Below, piece by piece: positions 19,472-31,514 of a stretch of 64,000 nucleotides of DNA. Made by a program: the position numbers and the translations under genes. Position 1 is the first letter of the stretch. Every line of letters starts with the position of its first letter. This DNA is from an uncultured Acidimicrobiales bacterium (lineage in GTDB: Bacteria > Actinomycetota > Acidimicrobiia > Acidimicrobiales > RAAP-2), in the NCBI GenBank assembly GCA_963769825.1, contig CAVYNO010000019.1:29852-93851 (forward strand), read 5' to 3'. The notes below the pieces were generated by a model. It searched no databases. It was not told the origin of the DNA and worked only from the letters and a program-made list of their open reading frames with translations.

Positions 19472-20089
19472 ATGGGAATCTATGGTGAACGTGTCCTGCC
19501 GCAGGTCCTCAACGTCGCTTGCGGCACGAAGGCAGTCGAACCGCTGCGACGCCGGGTTTGCGAAGGCCTCGCCGGGGACGTCGTCGAGATCGGCTTCGGC
19601 TCGGGTCTCAATGTCCCCTTCTACCCGACGGCGGTCGCCCGGGTGGCCGCCGTCGAGCCTTCCGAAGGGGTCTGGAAGCTGGCAGAAAAGCGCCTGGTGG
19701 CCACCAGTGTCCCGGTGGAGCGTTCCGGTCTGGACGGCCAGTCGCTGCCGTTCGCGGACGACAGCTATGACGCCGCCGTGTCCACCTGGACGCTGTGCAC
19801 CATCCCCGACGTCGTTGCCGCTCTGGGCGAGCTGCGACGGGTTCTCAAGCCTGGGGGGACCCTGCATTTTCTCGAGCATGGGTTGGCCCCAGACGAGCGG
19901 GTACGCCGCTGGCAACACCGCGTCGAGCCAGTGCAGAAGCGGGTCTTCGGGGGGTGCCATCTCACCCGGCCGATCGTTGACCTGCTGACCGCCGCGGGCT
20001 TCACCATCACCGAACTCGACGTGTTCTACCAGAAGGCCACCCCAAAGTTCGAGGCCGCTTACTCCCTCGGCACCGCCCTATCTCCTTAG
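19472..20089 (+). CDS. Class I SAM-dependent methyltransferase
   Basis: AGGAGGG at 19461-19467 precedes ATG 19472 (ORF 19406..20089). VVEIGFGSGLN motif I, and LRRVLKPGGTLHFLEH. Confidence 0.85.
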   Translation: MGIYGERVLPQVLNVACGTKAVEPLRRRVCEGLAGDVVEIGFGSGLNVPFYPTAVARVAAVEPSEGVWKLAEKRLVATSVPVERSGLDGQSLPFADDSYDAAVSTWTLCTIPDVVAALGELRRVLKPGGTLHFLEHGLAPDERVRRWQHRVEPVQKRVFGGCHLTRPIVDLLTAAGFTITELDVFYQKATPKFEAAYSLGTALSP

Positions 20090-20314
20090 CCGTCCCCGAA
20101 TGACCACCCCTGGCTTCCAGTGGTCCGCGCCCCACCACGGGAGCAGAGGCCCGCTCCTTCATGCCATCACTCAGGTGGCAGACCCCGCAGGGACCGTGGA
20201 TGGAACCCGTCACGAGCCCACCTCGTGCGTGCAAGCCACTTCACCCACTAGCAGTCGGAGGTAATGCACCATCGGGATTATCCCTGGCCGGGTCGAGCCC
20301 TGCCCTGGTTGGAG

Positions 20315-20353
20315 TATGGATCGGCCCCCGGTTTCAGCGGGGGCCGATCCATA
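20315..20353. terminator. Perfect 16-bp stem / 7-nt loop hairpin between convergent genes
   Basis: TATGGATCGGCCCCCG (20315-20330), gtttcag, CGGGGGCCGATCCATA (20338-20353). It lies 24 nt past the stop of the minus-strand gene. A T-rich tail (gttccttgatt) is present on the plus strand only. Confidence 0.6.
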
Positions 20354-20376
20354 GTTCCTTGATTGGGTCGGAGGGG

Positions 20377-20901
20377 TTAGAAGTCCACCGTCCCCGAACC
20401 CATGACCGAGCCATACTGCGCTAGCGGAACTGCGCTGTTGCTCGTATCGCACTTTCCATGGGTTGATGGAAACACGATGGCGAATGAAACGGTGACCTTC
20501 AAGGTGCCATCGATTCCGACGTAGAGGCCCGTGCCGCTCACGACCGGGTCTGTTGCGGTGTTCACGAAAGTGGCGGAACAGGTCTTCGAGTTGAACGTCG
20601 TCGGCGGTCCATTGTTGACCTCCGCTTTGGTGTTGACGAGGATGGTCCCCTTACTGAGCGTCAGAAGCTTGTACCCACCATTGGTATCGGGCTTGCCAGC
20701 GGCGTTCACGCTCGTTGCCGTTCCGAAGTCGCCGACCGCACCGGTAAGCACGACTGAGGCGCTGCCGTCACTATTAGGCGTGCCGAACAGCTGGACGGGA
20801 CCATCCGCGGGGGACGAGCCACCGAAGGCGGCAGTTCCAGCAAAGACCAGCCCCCCAAGAAGGACAGCGGAGGCCGCTGCCATTTTGACGATTCGATTCA
20901 T
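20377..20901 (-). CDS. Secreted hypothetical protein
   Basis: ORF 20377..20928. ATG at 20901 is preceded by GGAGGA. Signal peptide MNRIVKMAAASAVLLGGLVFAGTAAFG. Confidence 0.6.
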   Translation of the reverse strand: MNRIVKMAAASAVLLGGLVFAGTAAFGGSSPADGPVQLFGTPNSDGSASVVLTGAVGDFGTATSVNAAGKPDTNGGYKLLTLSKGTILVNTKAEVNNGPPTTFNSKTCSATFVNTATDPVVSGTGLYVGIDGTLKVTVSFAIVFPSTHGKCDTSNSAVPLAQYGSVMGSGTVDF

Positions 20902-21132
20902 GATTCCTCCATTGATGTTGAAGTGCATTCAAGAGGAGAACGCCAAAAACCGTCGCCAGCGTCCGCCGCACTCACCCTGACACGCCGCCCACGCCGGCGC
21001 ATCGTCAAGATTGACAATCATCCGTGGATTAGAGAACCCACACGAGTGGAAGCCGTTTCGCAAAGTGACGCTCGAAAAGCCCCTCGAATCCGCCGCCAGG
21101 GGCGGCCCGGCAGTGCTCGGGGCTGCCTCGAG

Positions 21133-21528
<396 letters not shown>

Positions 21529-21737
21529 CGCCTCCTTCGTTTGGGTCGTGGCGCAAGTGGATGCCGAGAGGCTAGGCCGTTATCCGGCGTTCGGCCCTCA
21601 CAGCGGACGAGGTGATCCCGACAGGCTGACGGACCGGACTCGGGGAACTCGCCGTTCCAGTCCGACAACCTCCAACTCCGAGGATGCCGTTCCTGGTTCG
21701 CCCATATCGGTTGGGCATCCGAATAAGGTGGGCTGCC

Positions 21738-22208
21738 GTGCCAGCGTGGAATGCGGTCGAGCAGGCGGAACCAGAGTTCGCCCACCGGGTGCGCGCGCTG
21801 TTCGACGCTGGCCGCCACAAGACGATAGCGACGCTGCGCGCCGACGGCTCGCCCCGTATCTCGGGCATCGAATGCGAGTTCGCGGAAGGCGATCTCCGCT
21901 TTGGTTCGATGACTGGCGCCCGCAAGGGGGCAGACCTTAGGCAGGACCCCCGCTTCGCCCTGCACGGGCCAACCTTCCACCCCGAGGATGGTAAGGAGAG
22001 CGACTGGCCGGGCGAGGCGAAGGTCGCCGGACGAGCCATTCCCGCGGGTCCTGGGACCACGGAGGAGACACTCGAGCAGCCTGACGGGGAGATGTTCGTT
22101 GCCGACATCACCGAGGTCGTGATCACCGGACTCAACGCCAAGGCCAACAGGCTCGTCGTTGAGTCATGGACTCCCGAGCGAGGACTTCGAAGGGTCGAGC
22201 GGGACTAG
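21738..22208 (+). CDS. Pyridoxamine 5'-phosphate oxidase family (likely F420/FMN-binding split-barrel) protein
   Basis: ORF 21684..22208. ATLRADGSPRISGIE...DPRFALHG. GTG 21738 is preceded by AAGGTGGG. Confidence 0.65.
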   Translation: MPAWNAVEQAEPEFAHRVRALFDAGRHKTIATLRADGSPRISGIECEFAEGDLRFGSMTGARKGADLRQDPRFALHGPTFHPEDGKESDWPGEAKVAGRAIPAGPGTTEETLEQPDGEMFVADITEVVITGLNAKANRLVVESWTPERGLRRVERD

Positions 22209-22427
22209 TAGGCGAACCTGCCCCGTTTTCGTCGGGTCTTGGACCGCTCTGGTTCCGACCTGCGGCTCCCCTTAGATTCACTACCAGGATCGTTCGGAGA
22301 ATGAGCTGTAGCAAACCCGGCAGAACGATTCCGGCTCCTTTGCTTGCCGACGGCTGGCATCCTCCATCTACCGGCGAATGTAAGGCGGCGACGGTGTAAG
22401 TTCCTTCTGCGAGCAGGAGGTGTCGAC

Positions 22428-22706
22428 ATGTCCGGCGAGATCTTTGGTCTAGACGGTTTGGTCATTGCGTTTCTCATGCTTGCAACCCTCGTGCTGCCAA
22501 TCTGGGCGGTCGTTGATGCGGCGTCAAGACCATATGGCGCATTCAGTGCAGCCGGATCGTCCAAGGTGCTATGGATCGTGCTGATCATTGTGTTCTGGCT
22601 ATTTACTTGGATCATCGGCGTGGTGCTCTCCATCGTGTACTTGGCCGCCATCCGACCGCGGGTCAGAGCCATGATGCCGGATCGAGGCAGGCTCGGACCC
22701 ACGTGA
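22428..22706 (+). CDS. Small integral membrane protein (DUF2516/PLDc_N-like by recollection)
   Basis: GCAGGAGG RBS then ATG 22428 (ORF 22344..22706). LPIWAVVDAASRP...KVLWIVLIIVFWLF. Confidence 0.5.
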   Translation: MSGEIFGLDGLVIAFLMLATLVLPIWAVVDAASRPYGAFSAAGSSKVLWIVLIIVFWLFTWIIGVVLSIVYLAAIRPRVRAMMPDRGRLGPT

Positions 22707-22724
22707 CCACCTACTCTGGGTCCG

Positions 22725-23426
22725 ATGACGGAACCAGGACCCTTGTTGGCCGCCGGTCGAGATGCCGACATCTTTGAGTACGGTCCTCGGCTCGTGCTTC
22801 GACGTTCTCGTGCCGGGCGCCCTCTGACCCAAGAGGCCCATGTCATGGAGTACGTCCGATCGCAGGGATACCCAGTTCCTGCTGTCGAGGAAGTGAGCGA
22901 CGATGGCGTCGACATGGTCATGGAGCGCATTGAAGGCACCACGATGGTAGCCACAATGACCAAGCGCCCATGGACGATTCCCAGGCAGGGCAGCGTTTTG
23001 GCCGATCTCCATCGGAGGCTTCACGAGCTGAGCGCACCAGCCTGGCTTCACGATGCCCCGGTCGGACGTGGAGATCGCATGCTCCATCTCGATTTGCACC
23101 CTCTGAATGTGATGATCGGCAAACAAGGCCCGGTGGTCATCGACTGGACTGGTGCGTGCCGAGGTGATCCAGCCGTCGATGTGGCGTTGGCCTGGGTCCT
23201 GATGATGGCTGGTGAGGTACCGACCGGACGATTGCTCCTCACGATCATGAGCCATGCCCGTTCGATTCTGGTGAAGAGCTTCCTTCGCTCATTCGATCTC
23301 GATGTCGTGAAGCAGAGCCTTGGTGACGTCGTGGCGTGGAAAGCCTTGGATCCCCACATGTCGGTCAGCGAGCAAGACCGGATGTGGCAGGTTGTCAAAG
23401 ATGTCGGTGGTGTTACTCCGACGTAG
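22725..23426 (+). CDS. Aminoglycoside/choline-kinase-like phosphotransferase (APH family)
   Basis: ORF 22725..23426. MLHLDLHPLNVM (HxDxxxxN catalytic loop) and VIDWTGACRGDP (DW/DFG-like). Confidence 0.75.
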   Translation: MTEPGPLLAAGRDADIFEYGPRLVLRRSRAGRPLTQEAHVMEYVRSQGYPVPAVEEVSDDGVDMVMERIEGTTMVATMTKRPWTIPRQGSVLADLHRRLHELSAPAWLHDAPVGRGDRMLHLDLHPLNVMIGKQGPVVIDWTGACRGDPAVDVALAWVLMMAGEVPTGRLLLTIMSHARSILVKSFLRSFDLDVVKQSLGDVVAWKALDPHMSVSEQDRMWQVVKDVGGVTPT

Positions 23427-23664
23427 CCTCAGATGTCCGATAAGACGACCCGCCCAACGAACAGGGTCCTAGACCCGTTGCGCGCCCGACTACCCGGGGT
23501 GGCGGCATGGAAGATGGCCGAGCCGACATGACCGAGGCCGAGCGGCTCGCCATACGGGTCTCCGCCCACCGGGAGGGGCGATCCGCGGATCCGACCAGGT
23601 CGAGCTCCATTGGTCCTGGATCGGACGGCTCAAGTGGTGGAAGGCCGCCGTCGATACTCTTGGT

Positions 23665-24702
23665 GTGGAGGCGCCGCCGGTCCCCAAGAACGACCTGACA
23701 CGGGTCGGATCGCTCCGACGCCTCGGCCTCCTCGACACCGCCCCCGAGGAGCGGTTCGATCGGATCACTCGCATTGCCCGCCGACTTTTCGGTGTGGACA
23801 CAGCGCTAGTGAGCCTGGTCGACATCGATCGCCAATGGGCGAAGTCCCGGCAGGGTCCTGCCCCATCTGAGATCACCGAGATTCGGCAGGCTGCCGAGCA
23901 TCACCAGGCCTTCGCAATCACAGACCTCCCGAGAGAGCTCTCATTCTGCGCCCATGCCATCGTGGGCGGGGACGTGCTCCAGGTCCACGACGCGTCCACC
24001 GACGATCGATTCTCCGACAACCCTTTGGTGACCGCCGATCCTCCGATCCGGTTCTACGCCGGGTGCCCTATCGCCAGCCCCGACGGAGCGGTGATCGGGA
24101 CCCTCTGCCTGCTCGACGAATGGCCACGGAGCCTTGATGAGGTAGAGCTGGCCTCGCTTCGCGACCTGGCCGCAGTCGTCGAACAGGAGATCGCGGCGAC
24201 CCGGCTCGAAGTCGACGACGAGCTCACCGGGCTGGCAAACCGAAGGGGATTCACCATGGTGGGCTCGCAGGCACTGGCCTTCTGTGAGCGCCAGGAAGTC
24301 GACGCCCTCGTGATCGTTGGCTCGGTGGACGGGCTCGACCTGGTCAACGAGCGCGGAGGGATGACTGCCGGTGATCAGTTGCTCCGATTGGCGGCCTCGG
24401 CGATGGCCGACTCCTTCCGGTCCTCCGACGTCGTAGGCCGGGTCGGTGGAAACCAGTTTGCCGCCTTGCTCACCGGCTATCAGGGCAGCGAGGTGCAGGT
24501 TGTGGAGCGGCTGCGTTCGACCGTGGCTGCCAGCAACCTCGAGTTGGAGAGGACCACCTTCGCGTTGTCAATGGCCGTTGGCACCGCCCACTTCAATCAT
24601 CGCGAACCCGAGATGATCGAGGTGATGATGCACCGGGCCGCCACTTCGCAGTCTGCTGGGTGGCGGGACCGTGGCCGGACCGCCCAGGCAGAAGGCGCCT
24701 GA
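23665..24702 (+). CDS. GAF domain plus degenerate GGDEF domain protein (GGNQF)
   Basis: ORF 23665..24702. N-terminal LGLLDTAPEERFDRITRIARRLFGV...FCAHAI...RFYAGCPI (GAF). DELTGLANRRGF, and RSSDVVGRVGGNQFAALL (RxxD I-site retained, GGDEF changed to GGNQF). Confidence 0.85.
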   Translation: MEAPPVPKNDLTRVGSLRRLGLLDTAPEERFDRITRIARRLFGVDTALVSLVDIDRQWAKSRQGPAPSEITEIRQAAEHHQAFAITDLPRELSFCAHAIVGGDVLQVHDASTDDRFSDNPLVTADPPIRFYAGCPIASPDGAVIGTLCLLDEWPRSLDEVELASLRDLAAVVEQEIAATRLEVDDELTGLANRRGFTMVGSQALAFCERQEVDALVIVGSVDGLDLVNERGGMTAGDQLLRLAASAMADSFRSSDVVGRVGGNQFAALLTGYQGSEVQVVERLRSTVAASNLELERTTFALSMAVGTAHFNHREPEMIEVMMHRAATSQSAGWRDRGRTAQAEGA

Positions 24703-24940
24703 TCTCCCGAGGCTGCAAGCCCGGACCCGCGATCGGACCGGCATTCTGTCGTTGCCAGGCCTCACGACTCTTAGCTCCCATCGGTAAGGCGCACAGCCGG
24801 CTCACACCCGCGTGCTCGATGCTCGGCCTTGGCAGCATCCACCGATCAAGGAGAAGAGACATGACCACACGCAACGGGCCGATGCCCAAGTTGAACCCCG
24901 GGAAGCTTCACCCTCCGAAGTACCCCGGCCCCGGCACGGA

Positions 24941-25705
24941 GTGCGGGTGACCAGTGCGGCGGCCGTAGCGTTGGGGCTCGCCCTGGCCGGGGGCTCGGTG
25001 GCCGCCGCAACCTCCACCGCTGCGCCCTCAACCGCTGCACCCTCTACCGCTGCGCCCTCCCCATCAACCGCGTCCAGCTCGGCACCACGGGGCGGGCGAC
25101 CCCCCGGTGGCGGCAGCCCGCCGGCCGCGTTCGGGACGGTGAAGTCGGTGGGCGACGCCAGCTTCACGATCGCCACCTCCGGCGGCACGACGGTCACGGT
25201 CGACGTGTCCGACTCGACCAAGTACCTCGACCATGACGCGACCACACCGTCCTTCGCCAACGTGACCGTGGGCCAGCACGTGGCGGTGTTCGGAACCGAC
25301 ACCTCCAACGTGGTCGCGGCCACATCGGTGGCCATCGGTGCACCGCCGGCCGGCGGCCCCGGTGGCATGCCAGGCGGCCCCGGTGGCGGCAGCCCGCCGG
25401 CCGCGGTCGGGACGGTGAAGTCGGTGGGCGACGCCAGCTTCACGATCACCACCTCCGGCGGCACGACGGTCATTGTCGACGTGTCCGACTCGACCAAGTA
25501 CCTCGACCATGACGCGACCACACCGTCCTTCGCCAACGTGACCGTGGGCCAGCACGTGGCGGTGTTCGGAACCGACACCTCCGACGTGGTCGCGGCCACA
25601 TCGGTCGCCATCGGTGCACCGCCGAGCGACGCCCCGCCCCCTGCTGCTGGTGGGACGACCGGCGGCCAGCCTCAGGCTGGGTCGGGAAGCGGCTCTTCCT
25701 TCTAG
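24941..25705 (+). CDS. Secreted protein with two tandem DUF5666-like domains, start uncertain
   Basis: ORF 24812..25705. GTG 24941 gives VRVTSAAAVALGLALAGGSVAAA. A stronger SD+ATG (AAGGAGAAG..ATG at 24861) lies in another frame that stops at 24950, so the 5' end may contain a frameshift. Confidence 0.6.
   Translation: MRVTSAAAVALGLALAGGSVAAATSTAAPSTAAPSTAAPSPSTASSSAPRGGRPPGGGSPPAAFGTVKSVGDASFTIATSGGTTVTVDVSDSTKYLDHDATTPSFANVTVGQHVAVFGTDTSNVVAATSVAIGAPPAGGPGGMPGGPGGGSPPAAVGTVKSVGDASFTITTSGGTTVIVDVSDSTKYLDHDATTPSFANVTVGQHVAVFGTDTSDVVAATSVAIGAPPSDAPPPAAGGTTGGQPQAGSGSGSSF
25112..25623 (+). repeat. 276-bp tandem duplication inside the gene, about 236 bp nearly identical
   Basis: ggcagcccgccggccgcg... 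starts at 25112 and again at 25388. The two copies (GTVKSVGDASFTI.TSGGTTV.VDVSDSTKYLDHDATTPSFANVTVGQHVAVFGTDTS.VVAATSVAIGAPP) differ at only a handful of nucleotides. Confidence 0.85.
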
Positions 25706-25718
25706 CCGCTCCAGCCCG

Positions 25719-25755
25719 CCCGCCCCGGCGCCTGTGGTTTGGGTGCCGGGGCGGG
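25719..25755 (+). terminator. GC-rich stem-loop 14 nt after the stop codon (no U-tract)
   Basis: CCCGCCCCGGCGCC (25719-25732), tgtggtttg, GGTGCCGGGGCGGG (25742-25755). 14 pairs including one G-U. Confidence 0.4.
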
Positions 25756-25878
25756 GTCCCTCGGCCGGTCTTCGTTCCGGGCCGCGGCTCAAGTCGATAA
25801 CCACGGGAAACGAGGAGTACTCCGCCGTCGGCGCCTTCCGATGGCGGCCGCTCGGCCTGGGAGGCAGAGTGGGAGCCC

Positions 25879-26460
25879 ATGAACCAAGGCCACATGGAGT
25901 TCTGCACGAGCGAGGAGTGGCGGTCCATCCTTCGGGACATGATCCTGCCGGAGGCACTGGGCCGCGTAAGCCTTGGGCCGAACGTGCTCGAGGTGGGCCC
26001 CGGTCCCGGATTCACGACCGAGGTTCTCCTTCAATCGTGCGAGCACGTGACGGCAGTGGAACTCGACCCGGTTCTCGCCGATCAGCTGCGGTCGCGGCTG
26101 GGAAGTGGTGATGTCGACGTCGTTGTCGGCGATGCGAGGACGACCGGCCTCCCGGGCGGGTCATTCACGGGGGCGGCGTCGTTCCATATGTTCCACCACA
26201 TCCCGACCGATGCCGAGCAGAACCAGGTCTTCTCCGAGCTGGCCCGCCTCCTGAAGCCAAGTGGGGCGGTCCTCCTGGCTGATGGCTTCGACGGTGAGGA
26301 GGTCCGCCGGTTCCACCAGGGGGACACCTACCATCCCATCGATCCCGACACCCTCCCGGGCCGCCTGGCGGCCGCAGGATTGGAGGACGCGGAGATCATC
26401 ACCTACGAGCTCGGGTGGATCTGCACGGCAGTGAGGCCCCTTGACGCCCGCGACCGCTAG
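25879..26460 (+). CDS. Class I SAM-dependent methyltransferase
   Basis: ORF 25879..26460. VLEVGPGPGFTT motif I and LARLLKPSGAVLLADG. Confidence 0.8.
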   Translation: MNQGHMEFCTSEEWRSILRDMILPEALGRVSLGPNVLEVGPGPGFTTEVLLQSCEHVTAVELDPVLADQLRSRLGSGDVDVVVGDARTTGLPGGSFTGAASFHMFHHIPTDAEQNQVFSELARLLKPSGAVLLADGFDGEEVRRFHQGDTYHPIDPDTLPGRLAAAGLEDAEIITYELGWICTAVRPLDARDR

Positions 26461-26486
26461 CCCGGCGCGTCTCGGGAGGGCGACCC

Positions 26487-27341
26487 ATGGACCTCGGTAG
26501 GGTCGGTGTCTGGTGGTCCGGTTCGTGGACCGCGAGGGCCGATCCATCCGTCAATGTGGCTGCCGAGCTGGAGAAGCTGGGCTACGGGGCGCTGTGGTCC
26601 TCTGGTGGCTTCGATCCGGGCCTGTCGTCCCACTTCGGTCGTCTGCTGGACGCGGCGTCGCACATCAAGGTCGTCAGCGGCATCGTGAGCATCTGGGTGT
26701 CGTCGCCGCAAGAGATTGCGATCGCAGTAGCTGACCTCGAAGACAAGTACCCCGGCCGGTTCCTCCTCGGACTGGGTGCGAGCCATGCCTTTGCCGTGGA
26801 GAATTACACCCGACCCAGGCACCGCATGGTGGAGTACCTCGACGTTCTCGATGCCTCGGCTCCATCCGTCCCAGTCGATCGGAGAGTCCTTGGGGCGCTG
26901 GGACCCCGGATGCTGGCGCTTGCCGCGGCACGCGCCACCGGGGCGCATCCGTACTTCGTCCCCGTCGAACACACGGCCCGTGCCAGAGTGATCCTTGGAC
27001 CTGGTGCGCTTCTGGCCCCTGAGGTGACCGTGGTGCTCGAGCGAGATCCGGCCAAGGCGCGGTCGGTGGCGAGGAGGTTCACCGCCGGATACCTCACGTT
27101 GCCGAACTACGTCCAGAACCTTCGGACGCTCGGATTTGGTGAGGAGGACTTCGCCGGGGGTGGCAGCGATCGGCTGGTCGACGCCATTGTCGCGTGGGGA
27201 GACGCCGATGCCATTGCTGCCCGGGTCAAGGAGCACCACGAAGCCGGCGCCGACCACGTGTGCATTCAGGTCGTCTCCGACGAGGACGGGTTTCCGCTGG
27301 CCCGCTATCGCGCGTTGGCCGAGGCATCGTTGACAGGTTGA
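26487..27341 (+). CDS. LLM-class F420-dependent oxidoreductase
   Basis: ORF 26487..27341. LGRVGVWW...AELEKLGYGALWSSGG...GRFLLGLGASH resembles the luciferase-like F420 subfamily. Confidence 0.8.
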   Translation: MDLGRVGVWWSGSWTARADPSVNVAAELEKLGYGALWSSGGFDPGLSSHFGRLLDAASHIKVVSGIVSIWVSSPQEIAIAVADLEDKYPGRFLLGLGASHAFAVENYTRPRHRMVEYLDVLDASAPSVPVDRRVLGALGPRMLALAAARATGAHPYFVPVEHTARARVILGPGALLAPEVTVVLERDPAKARSVARRFTAGYLTLPNYVQNLRTLGFGEEDFAGGGSDRLVDAIVAWGDADAIAARVKEHHEAGADHVCIQVVSDEDGFPLARYRALAEASLTG

Positions 27342-27402
27342 TTGTCCGACCCGGCCGACGCCGGAAAGCGCTGCCGCGGCTGCTCCCCTAGCCTGGCGCC
27401 TG

Positions 27403-28275
27403 ATGCCCGACCTCTCCGAGCTGCTGGTCGATCTCGATGACGAATACGCCGAGACGCGTGGCCTGGTCGCAGAGCTCGCTCCAGACGACCCGAGGTGGGA
27501 TCGTCCGACACCGGCAGCCGGGTGGGCCGTCCGTGACCAGATCAGTCATCTGGCGTTCTTCGACGGTGCGGGTCGTCGCGCCGTAGAGGAGCCGGAGGAC
27601 TTCGCCCGGGAGGCGGAACTGGCCATGGCCCAACCGGGTGACCCGATGGAGGCCCACCTGACCCGCGGGCGATCGATGACCGGTGACCAACTCCTGGCGT
27701 GGTGGGGCGAGGCGCATGCCGGTCTGATCCGAGCGTTGTCGTGGGCGGAGCCCGGCCTCCGGTTGCCCTGGTACGGGCCTCCTATGGGGGCCCTCTCCTT
27801 CGTGTCGGCCCGACTGATGGAGACGTGGGCCCACGGACAGGATGTGGCCGATGCGCTGGACGTCGAGCACCCGGCCAACGATCGCCTCCGCCATGTCGCC
27901 CACCTCGGAGTACGGGCCAGGCCGTTCTCCTACGCGGTGCGCGGCCGGGAGGTGCCCCCCGGCCGGATCGATGTGAGGCTGGTGGGACCCTCAGGAGTCT
28001 CCTGGGATTGGCGGGTCGGGGAGCCGGTGGCGCAGGAGCGCATCGAGGACGGAGTCGTCGAAGGCAAGCCGAAGGGCACCCGATCCGCTTCCAGCGTGCG
28101 CGGTGCCGCCCTCGATTTCTGCCTCGTGGTCACCCAGCGGCGCAACGTCGCGGACACCGCCCTCGTCATCGAAGGGGAGGAGGCGGCGGACTGGATGTCC
28201 CTGGCGCAGGCGTTCGCCGGTCCTCCCGGTCCGGGTCGGCCGCCATTGCACCCGGACAAGCACATCGACAACTGA
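27403..28275 (+). CDS. DinB/maleylpyruvate-isomerase-family metal-binding protein (TIGR03084-like by recollection)
   Basis: ORF 27403..28275. PTPAAGWAVRDQISHLAFFD...RLMETWAHGQDVADAL. Confidence 0.7.
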   Translation: MPDLSELLVDLDDEYAETRGLVAELAPDDPRWDRPTPAAGWAVRDQISHLAFFDGAGRRAVEEPEDFAREAELAMAQPGDPMEAHLTRGRSMTGDQLLAWWGEAHAGLIRALSWAEPGLRLPWYGPPMGALSFVSARLMETWAHGQDVADALDVEHPANDRLRHVAHLGVRARPFSYAVRGREVPPGRIDVRLVGPSGVSWDWRVGEPVAQERIEDGVVEGKPKGTRSASSVRGAALDFCLVVTQRRNVADTALVIEGEEAADWMSLAQAFAGPPGPGRPPLHPDKHIDN

Positions 28276-28305
28276 AGCGAACCACCGGCTGCGCTCGACC
28301 CGGGT

Positions 28306-29359
28306 CTACCGGTTGGCAGCCACCGTCTCCGCCACCAGGGCGGCGAAGGCGTCGACGTCCTCCTCGGTGGTGTCGAACGAGGTCATCCAGCGTGCGACCC
28401 CACCTCGCTCGTCCCAGAGATAGAAGGGGAAGTGCTCCTGCAAGGCCTCCGTCGCCTTCGGAGGAAGGGCGACGAACACTCCGTTGGCCTCGACGGGATG
28501 GATCGGTGAGATGCCGGCCGAGCGGATTCCCCGGGAAAGACGCTGCGCCATGGCATTGGCCCGCTCGGCGTTCGATCGCCACAGGCCGTCGGAGAGGAGA
28601 GCGACGAACTGCGCGGAGATGAAGCGCATCTTCGAGGCCAACTGCATCGACTGCTTGCGGATGTAGCGGAGAGACCCATCGCCGGGCGGCCGGAAGGAGA
28701 CGACCGCCTCCGCTCCGATGGCGCCGTTCTTGGTCCCCCCGAAGGACAGCACGTCGATCCCGGAGCGGGCTCCGAAGGCGTCGAGACCGACGCCCAGGAA
28801 CGCTGCCGCGTTGGCCAGTCGGGCGCCGTCGAGGTGCAGATACATCGACCGGTCGTGGGCCCAGCGAGACAGCGCAGCGATATCCTCGAGGCGGTAGCAG
28901 GTGCCGAGCTCGGTCGCTTCGGTGATCGACAGCACGCGCGGGCTGCACGTGGTGCTCGTCCCCGATGCCCCGATAGGCATCCTCCACCGACTCCGGGGTC
29001 AGCTTGCCGTCGGGTGTCCGGACAGGGATGAGCTTGCTCCCGAGGAAGCGCTCCGGAGCCCCGCACTCGTCGGTGTAGATGTGCGCGTCGGCGGCGCAGA
29101 TCACCGCTTCGAATGGTCGGAGGAGGGACTGAAGACCGACCACATTGGCCCCCGTCCCGTTGAAGGCGAGGAAGACCTGGGCCTCAGGGCCGAACTGTTT
29201 CCGGAAAAGACCGATGGCCTCCTCGGTGACCCGATCGTCGCCGTAGGCCGGCGCGTGGTCCTCGTTGCAGGCGACGACGGCAGCCAGGACGTCAGGGTGG
29301 ACACCCGACCAGTTGTCACTGGCGAAGGTGCGCGGCGGGATCCTCGACACGCTCGACAT
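28306..29359 (-). CDS. ltaE: Low-specificity L-threonine aldolase, interrupted by a 1-nt insertion at about 28939
   Basis: The N-terminal half is in ORF 28166..29560 from MSSVSRIPPRTFASDNWSGVHPDVL...GDEHHVQP (ATG at 29359). The C-terminal half is in ORF 28306..28980 (RVLSITEATELGTCY...HLDGARLANA...SFGGTKNG). The frames join if g28939 is removed. Confidence 0.8.
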
Positions 29360-29364
29360 GGCCT

Positions 29365-31051
<1,687 letters not shown>

Positions 31052-31514
31052 GCCGACCAGTGTGTCATGGTCAGCACTCGTCCCTCAGCCGTGTCGCTGG
31101 CTGAGAAGTGGTCGACCCTCCATCCGTGCCGCCCATCGAGGGTCGGAGGCTTCCGACACCAGCGGCTCCAATGGGTTGCTTTTTTGGATTCCTCGCCACG
31201 ACACCGGCATCACGATTGGCGCGGCCGGAGTTGATCGGGTTCTCCATCTTCGGCCTGGTTGCTCGGTGTTCGGTCAACTCGTTCAATGGGTGACGACTGG
31301 TCGGTCGTCCTGCTCGCCCCAGCCCTCCACTCTTTGCGGCTGGGGCCATCACTAGGCCGCCGCCGGCTTCGGGGCTGTTCGCATTCACTGGCCGGGCTAT
31401 GGATGCTTCGAACCCCATGGAAACGGCAGCCGCGAACCTGACCCTACCGTCGAGCTCTGAGGCGACTTTCCCCGTCTGTCCCTGAGGTACCGGGCGTCCA
31501 GGGTCCCAAGGGGG

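Noticed and set aside
25064-25957. 297-aa minus-strand ORF opposite the DUF5666-like gene
   Set aside because: It mirrors the plus-strand internal duplication, has an Arg/Gly-rich composition, and shows no start context.
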